A DNA stretch of 64,000 nt from Candidatus Latescibacterota bacterium (GCA_965248435.1 OZ252100.1:3840001-3904000), one strand, 5' to 3'. Numbered from the stretch's first letter, positions 47,886-59,029 are shown. Notes: generated from the letters alone by a model not told the origin. Numbers and translations: made by a program.

Positions 47886-49538
47886 GTGAGAGCATCACTT
47901 CTTAGGCGTTGGACTGTCGTGACGGTCGTCGGACTGGGCTGCTTTGCGTGCGGCAAAGACCAATCTCTCTCGCCCGGAATCGAGCGAGCAGGGGGCCTTG
48001 GAAAGCCCGCTGTTAAGGCAGCTGTGAACCATCGTTTGGTTGTGACTGTAACGGTGATTCAGGCCGGTGAGCCGGCATCGGGCGTGGAAGTTGCGTTCTC
48101 TCGCTCCATCTCCGGTCGAGCAGCCGACTACAGGTGGCAGGGCACAACGGACGAGAATGGCGAGGTGGAGATCGAGATTACGGCTGATCCGACGGGACAG
48201 TTCGGGCGGGTGGGGACGACCGGCTATTATCTCGCGATGGCCACCGAAACTGCAAGCGAAGAGGTCTTGGAGAAATGGGGCAGTATCCCGATCAACGATG
48301 GAGAGACGGCAGAACTGATTCTGGAGGTCGGGAGGCGAGCCTTCTTTAGACAGGATTTGAGAGGCAGGTTCGATCTTCGGACGCTTGGTCCCATTCCTTA
48401 TCCTTCGGACAACGCATACGATCCGCAAAGAATCGCTCTGGGAAAGCTGCTCTTCTACGACCCGATCCTGGGGGGAGAGAAAGACGTTGCTTGCGGGACC
48501 TGTCATTTACCGGGATCTGCCTTTGCCGATGGTCGTCAATTCGGTGCAGGCGTGAGTGGTGTAGGCCTGGGTAAAGACCGTGAGCTTTCTAACCTATCTA
48601 TCTCCGGCGATGAAATCCTGCTCGAGCCCAGGAATACGATGACGATTTATAACACGGCGTTTAATGCAGACGAGGGTGGCCTTCCTTCCGCCTTCGGGTT
48701 TTTTGCTGTGGATGGTAAAGCCAGGGGGCTGGAGGAGCTGGTTACGATTCCCATCGCTAATCGGGTCGAAATGCGGGGAGATGCCTACTCCGAGGAGGCT
48801 GCCCTGGATAGTGTGGTTGCAAGGCTTCGAACGGTTCCCGAATACGTTCAGCTTTTCCAGGAGGCCTTCCCGGCAGAGGCGATGCAAACCGGGGGAACGG
48901 CCGTCATCGACGGTTCCACATACAGTCGGGCGCTAGCGGCCTATGCGCGAGAATTGGTCACGCGAGACTCACCCTACGATCGCTATGTAAAAGGTAGTGA
49001 TGGCGCGCTAAGCGACGAACAGAAATTGGGCCTGGAGTTGTTCTTCACCAGGGCCAAGTGTTCCGTCTGTCACAACGGACCGATGTTGAGCGACTACCGG
49101 TTCATCCGTCAAGGGGTGCCCCAGGTAGGTGAGGGAAAAAGCTCGGGGGACGACAGGGGTCGGGAAGAATTTACCGGAAACCCTCTAGACCGGTATAAAT
49201 TCCGCACGCTGACGATTCGGAATGTTGAGCTGACCGCGCCCTACATGCACGACGGTTTTTTCGAAACGCTCGAGGAAGTCGTCCGATTTTATAACGATGG
49301 CGCTCGGCCACGACATCCTGTGGTGGTAGATGATGTGCTGGAGCCCATTCTGATCGAGCCTCTGGGCTTGACCGATGAGGAGATAGACGCCATCGTCGAG
49401 TTCATGAAGGCGTTGACCGATCCGGGAACGGCCCTGGATCCCTTCCTCGTGACCGTTCCGGACGAGGTCCCCAGCGGACTCACCCCGCTCATTGGGGTGA
49501 GTGCGGTAGGAAAAATCGCTTCGGGGCCTGGAAGATAG
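47886..49538 (+). CDS. Di-heme cytochrome c peroxidase/MauG family lipoprotein
   Basis: LGKLLFYDP, CGTCH, CSVCH, LTAPYMHDG; lipobox-like FAC. Confidence 0.88.
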   Translation: MRASLLRRWTVVTVVGLGCFACGKDQSLSPGIERAGGLGKPAVKAAVNHRLVVTVTVIQAGEPASGVEVAFSRSISGRAADYRWQGTTDENGEVEIEITADPTGQFGRVGTTGYYLAMATETASEEVLEKWGSIPINDGETAELILEVGRRAFFRQDLRGRFDLRTLGPIPYPSDNAYDPQRIALGKLLFYDPILGGEKDVACGTCHLPGSAFADGRQFGAGVSGVGLGKDRELSNLSISGDEILLEPRNTMTIYNTAFNADEGGLPSAFGFFAVDGKARGLEELVTIPIANRVEMRGDAYSEEAALDSVVARLRTVPEYVQLFQEAFPAEAMQTGGTAVIDGSTYSRALAAYARELVTRDSPYDRYVKGSDGALSDEQKLGLELFFTRAKCSVCHNGPMLSDYRFIRQGVPQVGEGKSSGDDRGREEFTGNPLDRYKFRTLTIRNVELTAPYMHDGFFETLEEVVRFYNDGARPRHPVVVDDVLEPILIEPLGLTDEEIDAIVEFMKALTDPGTALDPFLVTVPDEVPSGLTPLIGVSAVGKIASGPGR

Positions 49539-49568
49539 CGTTCTCTCTCCGATCGCAAGAAATCGAAA

Positions 49569-49596
49569 GGGCCTGCACCCTTATAGGTGCAGGCCC
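49569..49596. terminator. Hairpin, likely terminator between convergent genes
   Basis: gggcctgcacc/ggtgcaggccc stem. Confidence 0.6.
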
Positions 49597-49741
49597 TGAA
49601 TATTTGTAGTCGGCGTTGACCGATCAGGGATCAGATCTCGATCCCTTCCTTCTGACCATTCCGGATGAGGTCCCCAGCAGACTCACGCCCATCTTTGGTG
49701 TGAGCACGGTTGGGAAGGTCGCGTCATCTCGAAGAAGGGTG

Positions 49742-50581
49742 CTACTGCCTCACAAATGTGAGCGTCCCAAGCGGGGGCGAACCGCCTGGAAGGGGGCTTG
49801 ACTGGATCTTTTTGATCGGCTGAGGGGGATCGGTTACGACATCATCGGTCTCGAAGGTGACACCACTGTCGGTGCCCGCATCATAGGCAAAAAGGTCCAC
49901 GGCGAGCGTGTCCAGCCAGGTCCCTTCCGGGAACAGGTTGAGGCCTGACACGCCGACAAACCAGTCGGGGCTGGGCGCAATCATCGTAACGAGGGTGACG
50001 AGGGGGTGCGATTCAGTGATCTCAAACGTCATACTCAGCAACCCCGGAGATCTTTCCATTGACATTTCCAAAAGCTGGAGCTCTTCAGGCAGATGGAACT
50101 CTGCAGTCCCTGCCTCCATAGCCACTTCCACTTCGGCCCTCAGCTTGTTCGTGAAACCCAACTCGGCCATCTGCTTGATGCCGGGAGTGGCGAGCCCGCC
50201 CGGTTGCCAGAACACGACATCGGAGTCGTGGGTGGCCCCGACCAGGTCGGAGAAGTAGTTACGGAAAATCGGAAAATCTTCGGGATGGGTTTCCTGACTC
50301 CATTTACCTTCGAATATGACCTCATACGTAACCGTTTCTTTGGGGGGCTTGCCGAACTCGACCGCGAACGCGACGAAGTCAAAGAAGTTTACGTCTCCGT
50401 TTCCATCCAGGTCGACCTTGAGATCTAGATTGCCGAATCCTACGGCGAATTCCACAAAATCAAAGAAATTGACGACGCCATCTCCGGTAAAATCGATATC
50501 GACCGTCGATTGCGCAGGCAGCAAGGCCGGAATAGTGAGCAGCTGCAGCGTGAAGCCTAAAGTCATGACACGCTTCCGCAT
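49742..50581 (-). CDS. Secreted spondin_N-domain protein with N-terminal dockerin/EF-hand-like repeats
   Basis: DFTGDGVVNFFDF-type repeat x2; FSDLVGATH, MIAPSPDWFVG, YDAGTDSG. Confidence 0.88.
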   Translation of the reverse strand: MRKRVMTLGFTLQLLTIPALLPAQSTVDIDFTGDGVVNFFDFVEFAVGFGNLDLKVDLDGNGDVNFFDFVAFAVEFGKPPKETVTYEVIFEGKWSQETHPEDFPIFRNYFSDLVGATHDSDVVFWQPGGLATPGIKQMAELGFTNKLRAEVEVAMEAGTAEFHLPEELQLLEMSMERSPGLLSMTFEITESHPLVTLVTMIAPSPDWFVGVSGLNLFPEGTWLDTLAVDLFAYDAGTDSGVTFETDDVVTDPPQPIKKIQSSPLPGGSPPLGTLTFVRQ

Positions 50582-51499
50582 CGATTTCTCCTGCCTTTTC
50601 GTCTCTCTACATTAATGTTACATTCAAGAAAAAAATTTAGCCAAAATAGACTCTGAGGGCAATCGAGAAGGTAGTCTGCACGGAAACGCGGGCCTGTGGC
50701 CGCTTCGGTGGAAGTGGAGGAGATGGTCATGCCCACGATCATGGTGACGGCGCCAATGGGATCGTGAATCGCAGACCCCTCCCTCGGTCCCTCCCCTAAA
50801 GGGGAGGGAAGGCAGTTGCAAACCTTCTGGCCTAAACGAAGTCCTGATCTTCTACCTTGAAACGTGTGGATCGTGAAGAACCTTATCTAATCACTGTGCC
50901 CGTTCCCCCTTCGCTTTAGGGAGGGGGGAGTTAGGGGGGATAGGTCAGCACGCTGCCTTTGCCACACCATTATGTCTTTTGCCGTTTTATCACCTGTTCC
51001 CGTTTCCCCAAGGTCCGAATCAGGATAAGTATCTATTTGTAGATGACTTAAGTCATGATAGGTTCGAGGAGTACGTAACAGTTGCTTCCGTAGCCGGTTT
51101 GGGCGATATGTTGCGGTAGCTTGTTGTTTTAAATATGCTAATATTTAATATTCAAATAGGAGCGATTTGGTCTTTTTTGCTTGACGGAGCTCGCAAAATA
51201 GCTTTTCTTATTAAAGTGAGTATTGAACCTAAGGCGATCTCTTATGCCAGTTCGCTTAGTACCTAATCAGCATTTCAAAATTACAAGAAATGGTCTTTGG
51301 CCGCATTGACCGGGTTGCAGGCATGCGGCTATTTCCGTGCCTGAACGAAGGGGGGGATGACCAACCTAAGACGTTCAACGCTTTCTTCAAGATCTTTCGC
51401 TGAATACCGAATCACCGCAACGGAGGAGCGTAAATGCAGAGAATCGAATCTAGAGTTGCAGGTTTGAGGTTAGCCGGAAAACAAATAAGGAGGAACAAG

Positions 51500-54400
51500 A
51501 TGAAGTTTCTTTGCAGCTTCGTATCCATCCTTTTGGTGGGGGCGCTCGTCGCCTTCAGCCCGACGGATGGAACAGCCGGTACTGTCGGCAAGGTCCAGGG
51601 CGTGGTGCAGGACGATACGGGCAATCCGCTGCCCGGGGCCAACGTCGTGGTCGAGGGCACCCAGCGCGGTGCCACGACCGATTCCGACGGGTATTACGCG
51701 ATTCTGGGCATCGACCCGGGCAGGCAGCGGGTCGTTGCTTCGATGATCGGATATAACACCTCGGCCGTGGAAAACGTGTCCGTCAAGGCGGACTTCACGA
51801 CCACCCTCGATTTCACCCTTTCGGAGACCGCCATAGAGGCGGTGGAGATGGTGGTTACAGCGAAGCGGCCGCCCGTGGAGCCCGACAGGACCTCCAGCCG
51901 CTACGTGGTCGACATCTTCGAGATTCAGAATGTGCCGCTGGCACGGAACACCGAAGACCTGATCGAGCTTCAGCCGGGCGTTTCGCTGGATGGCGCGCTG
52001 CGCCTGCGGGGTTCCGACCACGTGCAGAACACGACGTCGTCGCAGGCCATGTACTATGAGGTGGATGGCGTCAGGATGATCAACGACGACGGCTCAGCCA
52101 ACTACCAGCAATGGACGCCCCTGAACAAGGGCGCGCTGCAGGAGATATCGGTCATCGTCGGCGGGATGGACGCCGAGTACGGCAGTGCGTCTGGCGGCGT
52201 TCTCAGCCTGGTGAGCAGAGAGTCCGGAGCCAGGTTCGGGGGCCAGGCAGAGGTCCGGATTCACCCGCCTGGAAAGAAGCACTTCGGGCCCAACGTCTAC
52301 GAGAGCGCTGAGTTCAAGCGCATGACCGGCCTGGAGAACCCCTGGTCCGATCAGGACTTCGTGAACTATGAGAGAGGTGCGGCCAACTCAGAGCTTCCCG
52401 GCCAGAAGCATCACGTGCGGCAGGACTACACGGACAACTGGGGGCAGTTCGTCGAAGGCTCGCTCAACGGCCCGATCTCGGATAACGCCGGGTTCTTCGT
52501 GAACGCGAGGACGAGCCGCGTACAGGCCCGTTGGCCCGACCGGTGGGGGCGCGAGCCGCCGAACTACCAGGGGTCGGGGAATGTGACCTTCCGCAGTGGC
52601 GCCAACTTGAAGTTCAAGGTGGGCGGCATCTACGGCTACCGTGAGCAGTCCTACGGTATGCAGACGATGACGTCAGCCTTGGGCGGGGTTGTTGGGGGCA
52701 ACAACTGGTGGAGGAAATTTTATCCGGACTTGCGCGTGCTTTTCCATCCGGAAGGCTTCTCCAGCCGCGGCACGATCGAGAACACTGAAAAGGTGGCCTA
52801 CGTGACGGCCACGCATTCCCTCTCGCCGAAGACCTTCTACGACATTCGGGCCTCCTTCCAGCAGACGACCGTAGGTGTGGGAGGCGCCGTTGCGGAGGGG
52901 CAGGGTTCGCAGTGGGTCACCTCTTCCATTCCCAGGGACGACTGGGGGTTCTTCCTGCTATGGTCGAATCACAACACGGTCGACGAGAACCGCAAGCGGA
53001 TGACCCTGAAGGCCGACGTGACCAGCCAGGTCCAGAAGTCGATCCTGGGCAAGGCCGGGTTCGAGCTCGTCCGCTACGATGTCTTCCTGGACAACTTCCA
53101 GGAGCATTTTGGGCACCCTGGAAGGTGGCGGCAGCTGGTCGGCGTGGGCGACCCGTACGTGGGGCAGGAGGGACACATCCTCAACCATCTGGGCGGCTAC
53201 GTCCAGACCAAGATGGAGTTCGAGGGCCTGGTGATCAACGCGGGCGTTCGGGGCGACATATTGCTGATGGACGACATGTGGCCGAACGACGCCTTTGTCT
53301 GGCCGCACTACTGGTCGCTTACGCGCTTCCGGAACGCGCTGCGGACATCGGCGGACCCGATGAAGAGCATCAGCCCCCGGCTCGGGATTTCGCATCCGAT
53401 CACGGAGCGCTCCACGGTCCGGTTCCACACCGGCGTGTTCCACACCTATCCGGACAAGGTCAGGCTCTACAAACGCTGGTACTGGGGCCTCGACGAAGAC
53501 ACCGACGTGAACGGGAACGGGCAGATCGACCAGCTCGAGAAAGAAAACGCGCTTACGGGGCGGAACGAAGCCCTGCAGTACTCGCGGGATATCGAGCCGG
53601 AGAAGACGATCGCCTTCGAGGCGGGCGTCGACTGGAACTTTGCCGGCGACTTCGTCCTGCAGGTCACGGCCTACCAGAAGGACCTGAAGGGGAAGGTCAT
53701 GCGTCACTCCACCCTGATCTACCCCGACAAGAGCCTGGTGACGGAAAGAGCCAGCGGCTCTGTGCTGGGCAACCACCGGGGGACAAACTCCAGCCGCGGG
53801 TTCGAGCTGTCGTTCAGGAAGATGTTCAGCCAGATGACCTCGTTCAACGTGTCGTGGAACATCGCCTGGGTTGAACAGCAGCAGACCCGCGAGGAACGAT
53901 ACCTGCTCCACGACGCCACTTACTTGAACGGGCCGAATTTCTTCTCCGGCGTGACGGCGAATGCCGACGGATCGGAATCGCCCAAGGCCCCGACGGCTGC
54001 GGAGCGTGCCGATTTTGTGGCCGCCGCGGAGAAAAACCTGGCCAATGCCCACGCCCGGGCAGGCACCATGGATGCGGGCCTCAACGTCTGGCACGACGTG
54101 AGGACAAGTTCGGATTCGGACCCCGGGCAGTACATCCAGATGCTGGAGCGGGCGATCTACGGAGCGGCTATCGGTCCGGAGACGCACGATCGCCGCAGCG
54201 TGGGTGCGGCCCAGTTCCTGTTCTCGGCCCCGCAAGATTTCCACATCAAGGCGCTCGCGGGAGCCCGGGCGACCATGGTCTGGAAGATCCAGGGCGGCAC
54301 CCCCTTCCGCTACACGCCGCCTCTGGGAGTTCAGGAGACCCGGAAGGGTCCCATTCAGACTATGACGGACGTGAACTTCGAGAAGGACTTCAGTGTCGGC

Positions 54401-54658
54401 CAGACCGGGCTGATCACGGGCTTCGTCGAAGTCCGGAACCTCTGGAACCAGAGGGCGGATATCGCAAACACCCGGGACTTCAACTACGTGCTCCACGGGC
54501 TGAGTCTGCCCGAGCCGGACGACGCGAACTACCTGAAGTTCGGGGACTACAAAGACGTCACGCGCTGGGCCTTGGGTGTCAATTCACAGGATCATGGCCA
54601 GGAAGCATTCGGACTCGGCCCGCGCGAGTTCGTGCTCGGCGCTCGACTATCATTCTGA
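51500..54658 (+). CDS. TonB-dependent receptor with N-terminal carboxypeptidase-regulatory-like domain
   Basis: GNPLPGANVVVEGT..GATTDSDGYY; GGMDAEYGSASGG plug; SPRLGISHPI; C-terminal F; AGGAGG RBS. Confidence 0.9.
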   Translation: MKFLCSFVSILLVGALVAFSPTDGTAGTVGKVQGVVQDDTGNPLPGANVVVEGTQRGATTDSDGYYAILGIDPGRQRVVASMIGYNTSAVENVSVKADFTTTLDFTLSETAIEAVEMVVTAKRPPVEPDRTSSRYVVDIFEIQNVPLARNTEDLIELQPGVSLDGALRLRGSDHVQNTTSSQAMYYEVDGVRMINDDGSANYQQWTPLNKGALQEISVIVGGMDAEYGSASGGVLSLVSRESGARFGGQAEVRIHPPGKKHFGPNVYESAEFKRMTGLENPWSDQDFVNYERGAANSELPGQKHHVRQDYTDNWGQFVEGSLNGPISDNAGFFVNARTSRVQARWPDRWGREPPNYQGSGNVTFRSGANLKFKVGGIYGYREQSYGMQTMTSALGGVVGGNNWWRKFYPDLRVLFHPEGFSSRGTIENTEKVAYVTATHSLSPKTFYDIRASFQQTTVGVGGAVAEGQGSQWVTSSIPRDDWGFFLLWSNHNTVDENRKRMTLKADVTSQVQKSILGKAGFELVRYDVFLDNFQEHFGHPGRWRQLVGVGDPYVGQEGHILNHLGGYVQTKMEFEGLVINAGVRGDILLMDDMWPNDAFVWPHYWSLTRFRNALRTSADPMKSISPRLGISHPITERSTVRFHTGVFHTYPDKVRLYKRWYWGLDEDTDVNGNGQIDQLEKENALTGRNEALQYSRDIEPEKTIAFEAGVDWNFAGDFVLQVTAYQKDLKGKVMRHSTLIYPDKSLVTERASGSVLGNHRGTNSSRGFELSFRKMFSQMTSFNVSWNIAWVEQQQTREERYLLHDATYLNGPNFFSGVTANADGSESPKAPTAAERADFVAAAEKNLANAHARAGTMDAGLNVWHDVRTSSDSDPGQYIQMLERAIYGAAIGPETHDRRSVGAAQFLFSAPQDFHIKALAGARATMVWKIQGGTPFRYTPPLGVQETRKGPIQTMTDVNFEKDFSVGQTGLITGFVEVRNLWNQRADIANTRDFNYVLHGLSLPEPDDANYLKFGDYKDVTRWALGVNSQDHGQEAFGLGPREFVLGARLSF

Positions 54659-54734
54659 AACCCCACGGCGCGCGCCCCGGAACGATTCGGACGAACCGCT
54701 CCGGGGGCACCCATTTGGAAGGAGTTGCGTGACC

Positions 54735-57113
54735 ATGTTCAACATTCAGTTAAAGAGATGGGGATGCGTCGGGCTGATCGTGGCGGTGTGGCTGGCCGCG
54801 GACCCATTCGGCGCGGCGGCCCAGCAAGACATGACTTCCTACCGGCGCAACTTTACACGCTCGCTCATGTGGTCGAGCTTTCAGAACAACGGCCTTTTCG
54901 GTTCAAGCTGGGGGGTTTGGGGAGAGGGGATGTACTGGCACACCTATCCCGGCCTCGGGGCCGGCTCGCAATCTACGGCCAGGTCTGACTGGTACTGGGG
55001 GATCAAGCCATCCGGCTGGGGCGGGGGCCACGAAGCGACCTACATCTCCGTCACCAGGTCCTACGTTACCATGACGACCGTGGGAGGCGAGGAATTCGTT
55101 TCGGACGGCATGTTCCTGGGGGGGAAGGGAGATCTGACGGCCCGCATCTACGACATCGAGAACAGCCCGGAGGCGACCTGGGGCCTGGACACCAAGGCGC
55201 CGGAACGGTCCACGTTAACGGGAGAGAGCACTGCGACCTGGTGGAACGGAAAAGCGACGTCGTTTATGAACGACGACCCGGCCACTACAGTCCCGTATGA
55301 GATCCACAACTACGACTACGGAGTCTACCCGCCGGTCCAGAACGCGGCTGAGGCGGTATTGATCTCGGAGTGGACCTCGAACGAGCACGGCGGGGAGAAC
55401 GTGCTTAAGGGCGTGCGCAGGGTGCTGGGCTGGAGCAACCAGGACCTGGACGACGGGCTCGTCTACGAGACGGAGTGGACGAACATCAGCAACCAGCAGA
55501 TCACGAACGCCTGGTTCGGCAAAGCCCAGGCAATGCACCTGAAGAACGCCGCGCATAAGACCCGGGGCAGCTATACTTATGGCATTGCCCTATACGGTAA
55601 GGGCGCGACGGAGTACGACGACCACTTCGGCTGGTCGGAGGATCCGAATTTCCAAGGCCCTTCCGATTACGTCGGGCACAACTGGATGGTGCAGTGGGAC
55701 GGTGACGACCCGTTTGCGCTGGACGAAGACACGGGCGACCCCTTCTGGTTGGACCTGTGCTTTCACCGTGTGTGCGGGGACCCGGGCTATCTGAACTCCC
55801 TGGACCGACCGGAAGGCATGGTCCAAACCCCCGATTACATCGCCACGGGATCCCTGGCCTGGCGGGGCAGCGGCACGGGCGCCTGGAACGCGAAGGACGC
55901 AGCGGTCGGCTACGTGGAGGCGCAGGGTGATCCGGTCTACCACCACTATGAACACACCCGTGCAGGAAGGTTTGGGTTTGCAGATCCGTATTACAACTTG
56001 AGCGGCGACGGTCCGAAAACCGTCGAAGATAGGTATGCAGCGATTTCCGGGCCGAGTACCACGCCGTCTTCGCTGTCAACCCCGACGACTGCCTTGACCG
56101 ACATCATGTTCGGGCCCTACAACCTGGACCCGGGCGACAAGGTCAAGCTGGTGCTGGCCCACATCGCCGGTGCGGGCTCCCACACCACGACGAATCCGGA
56201 CAACGGCTATCCGTATGACACGAGGGAGTGGGCATGGCAGATCGGCGAGCAAAATTCCTCGCGGGATAACCCGGAGGGACGCAAAACGGAGCTGGCCAAG
56301 GGCTGGCAGGGGCTGTGGACGAACATCGAGCACGCGTATTTCGCCTACAGCAACGACTGGCAGGTCCCGACGACCCCGCCCGACATCGACTTCCAGATCG
56401 GCAATTCTCTGAACGCGCAGGTCGAGCTCACCTGGAACGGGGACGCGGAAACGTCGATCAACCCGGACTACGGGACGACCGATGTCACCGCTTACCGGGT
56501 CTACGTGTCCGAATGGTCAGAAGCGGGGCCCTGGAAGTTGAAGGGCACGGTCTCGGCCACGGGGGCGAGCTCCTACACGTGGACCGACACGGAGTCGCTG
56601 GCCGGATTCAACAGGTTCTATAACGTCCGGTCCGTCGCCTCGGGGAAGACAGACTGGAGCGAGGGGACGATGACGCTGAGCGATCTGCCGTCGCAGATGG
56701 CCGCTCACGTGACCAACGGATTGGAGAGCGGCTACTCGGCGCCCGAGCAGCGTGAGATGAAGAACATCACGCCGAGCCAGCCCTCCGACCCCAAGAGCGA
56801 CGCTCTGGAGTTTCCGGTCACCGTGGTGCCCAACCCCCTGAACATCGAGGACGGGAATCAGAACTACAACGGCGAAATCAAGATGCGATTCGTGGGCATT
56901 CCGAGCAAGGCCAAGATTTCGATTTACAGCGTCGGGGGCGATCTGGTTTCGACCGTCTTCCACAACGATCCGACCTCGGGCGAGGCCGAGTTCAGGCTGC
57001 TGAACAGCACGCTCAGCGGCCAGCTCTACTCCGGCGTCTACGTCTGGGTCGTTGAAAGCATGGTTAACCAAAGCGCGAAGCCGCAGAGCGGATACCTGGT
57101 GATCCACAGATAA
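54735..57113 (+). CDS. Large secreted protein with an FN3-like domain and a T9SS-type C-terminal domain
   Basis: Signal peptide; VELTW..YRVY..YTWTD; VVPNP..MRFVGIP..ISIYSVGGDLV..SGVYVWVV. Confidence 0.75.
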   Translation: MFNIQLKRWGCVGLIVAVWLAADPFGAAAQQDMTSYRRNFTRSLMWSSFQNNGLFGSSWGVWGEGMYWHTYPGLGAGSQSTARSDWYWGIKPSGWGGGHEATYISVTRSYVTMTTVGGEEFVSDGMFLGGKGDLTARIYDIENSPEATWGLDTKAPERSTLTGESTATWWNGKATSFMNDDPATTVPYEIHNYDYGVYPPVQNAAEAVLISEWTSNEHGGENVLKGVRRVLGWSNQDLDDGLVYETEWTNISNQQITNAWFGKAQAMHLKNAAHKTRGSYTYGIALYGKGATEYDDHFGWSEDPNFQGPSDYVGHNWMVQWDGDDPFALDEDTGDPFWLDLCFHRVCGDPGYLNSLDRPEGMVQTPDYIATGSLAWRGSGTGAWNAKDAAVGYVEAQGDPVYHHYEHTRAGRFGFADPYYNLSGDGPKTVEDRYAAISGPSTTPSSLSTPTTALTDIMFGPYNLDPGDKVKLVLAHIAGAGSHTTTNPDNGYPYDTREWAWQIGEQNSSRDNPEGRKTELAKGWQGLWTNIEHAYFAYSNDWQVPTTPPDIDFQIGNSLNAQVELTWNGDAETSINPDYGTTDVTAYRVYVSEWSEAGPWKLKGTVSATGASSYTWTDTESLAGFNRFYNVRSVASGKTDWSEGTMTLSDLPSQMAAHVTNGLESGYSAPEQREMKNITPSQPSDPKSDALEFPVTVVPNPLNIEDGNQNYNGEIKMRFVGIPSKAKISIYSVGGDLVSTVFHNDPTSGEAEFRLLNSTLSGQLYSGVYVWVVESMVNQSAKPQSGYLVIHR

Positions 57114-57147
57114 GACAATGAACACCTTTCACAAAGGAAGATACGCC

Positions 57148-58158
57148 ATGAAATGGATTGTATGCAGTCTGACGGTCCTGGTGTTCGCTGCCGCAGCTGT
57201 GGTTCCGCAGGTGTCGGCGCAGGACCTGCCCTTCGAGACCACGGGGGCGATCTTAAACGAAGACATCGAGGACGTAGACCGTTCCAGCAGGCAGATCCCG
57301 ACCACGTTCCACTTCCTGAAGATCACGCCGACCGCTCGGCTGGCCGCGATGGGCGGGGCCTACACGTCGGTGGCCGACGGGATGGACGCGATCTTCTACA
57401 ACCCGGCCGGCATCGCCAACATCGAGCGGTTCGGGTGGACGTTCGGGTATACGGACTGGTTCCTGGACATGAAGTTCTACTCGGCCGCGGTCGCGATCAA
57501 CACGAAGTTCGGGGTCGTCGGACTCTCGGTGCTCAGCCTCGAACTCCCCGACGTGGAACAGAGAACGACGCTGAGGCCTGGGGGCATGGGCACGATGCTG
57601 GACCTGGGCGACACGGCCGTCGGGCTCCACTATGCCTATCGGATGACCGACAAGATGTCGGCGGGCGTCCAGATGCGTTACGCCAAGTCCAAGCTGGGTC
57701 TGGATCAGGAACTAACGGGGTGGCTGGTGAGCGCCGGGACGGTGATGCACACCGGGTTCGAAAGCCTTCGGATCGGGATGGGCATCAAGAACCTGGGCGG
57801 AAACACGAGCGCGATCGGCACGTTCGAGTCGCGGATGCCCGCGACCTTCAACGTGGGCGCATCCGGCGAAATCATGGGCGACCTGGGCGACCCGGTCTCC
57901 CTGACGGTCTCGTTCGAAGGGTCCTACCACATGGACTCCAACCAGCGCTATCACGCGGGTGCGGAGCTCTGGCTGAGGGAGATGATCGCGATACGCGCCG
58001 GAAACAACTTCGAGTATGATGCGCAGAAGTGGGCTGTCGGCGCCGGGCTCAGGGGGAACTTCCAGGGCCGCCACATTTCGGTCGACGCCTCCTATTCCGA
58101 GCTGACGGAGGAGCTGGACCACCAGCCGATCCGGTTTACTGTGAGCGGCGAGTTCTAG
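57148..58158 (+). CDS. PorV/PorQ-family outer-membrane beta-barrel
   Basis: FLKITPTARLAAMGGAY..AIFYNPAGI; C-terminal F. Confidence 0.85.
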   Translation: MKWIVCSLTVLVFAAAAVVPQVSAQDLPFETTGAILNEDIEDVDRSSRQIPTTFHFLKITPTARLAAMGGAYTSVADGMDAIFYNPAGIANIERFGWTFGYTDWFLDMKFYSAAVAINTKFGVVGLSVLSLELPDVEQRTTLRPGGMGTMLDLGDTAVGLHYAYRMTDKMSAGVQMRYAKSKLGLDQELTGWLVSAGTVMHTGFESLRIGMGIKNLGGNTSAIGTFESRMPATFNVGASGEIMGDLGDPVSLTVSFEGSYHMDSNQRYHAGAELWLREMIAIRAGNNFEYDAQKWAVGAGLRGNFQGRHISVDASYSELTEELDHQPIRFTVSGEF

Positions 58159-58212
58159 ACAAGCCCAGAAACGAACGGCGCACGGCCAGATCGCCGGGCG
58201 CGTCACCGGTTG

Positions 58213-58250
58213 AAACAGCCGCCCGGAGCGTACGCTCCGGGCGGCTGTTT
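58213..58250 (+). terminator. Intrinsic terminator
   Basis: Perfect 38-bp palindrome aaacagccgcccggagcgtacgctccgggcggctgttt followed by a T-rich tract. Confidence 0.8.
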
Positions 58251-58298
58251 GTTTGTTCTATCCCCTGTTGAGAATTGGCATTATCTTGATGGCTAGGC

Positions 58299-59000
58299 CG
58301 GGAACCGGGACACCAGAACACGGGAACCGGGACACCAGAACACGGGAACCGGGACACCAGAACACGGGAACCGGGACACCAGAACACGGGAACCGGGACA
58401 CCAGAACACGGGAACCGGGACACCAGAACACGGGAACCGGGACACCAGAACACGGGAACCGGGACACCAGAACACGGGAACCGGGACACCAGAACACGGG
58501 AACCGGGACACCAGAACACGGGAACCGGGACACCAGAACACGGGAACCGGGACACCAGAACACGGGAACCGGGACACCAGAACACGGGAACCGGGACACC
58601 AGAACACGGGAACCGGGACACCAGAACACGGGAACCGGGACACCAGAACACGGGAACCGGGACACCAGAACACGGGTACCGGGGCATCAAAACACGGGTA
58701 CCGGGACACCAGAACACGGGAACCGGGACACCAGAACACGGGTACCGGGGCATCAAAACACGGGTACCGGGACACCAGAACACGGGAACCGGGACACCAG
58801 AACACGGGTACCGGGGCATCAAAACACGGGTACCGGGGCATCAAAACACGGGTACCGGGGCATCAAAACACGGGTACCGGGGAACCAAAACACGGGTACC
58901 GGGGCATCAAAACACGGGTACCGGGGAACCAAAACACGGGTACCGGGGCATCAAAACACGGGTACCGGGGCATCAAAACACGGGTACCGGGTACCGTAAG
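58299..59000 (+). repeat. Minisatellite: 31 x 22 bp plus tail
   Basis: 17 identical cgggaaccgggacaccagaaca units, then 14 mixed units (e.g. cgggtaccggggcatcaaaaca), tail cgggtaccgggtaccgtaag. Confidence 0.95.
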
Positions 59001-59029
59001 AGACAGGCGAAGCTCACTTCCTGATATTG

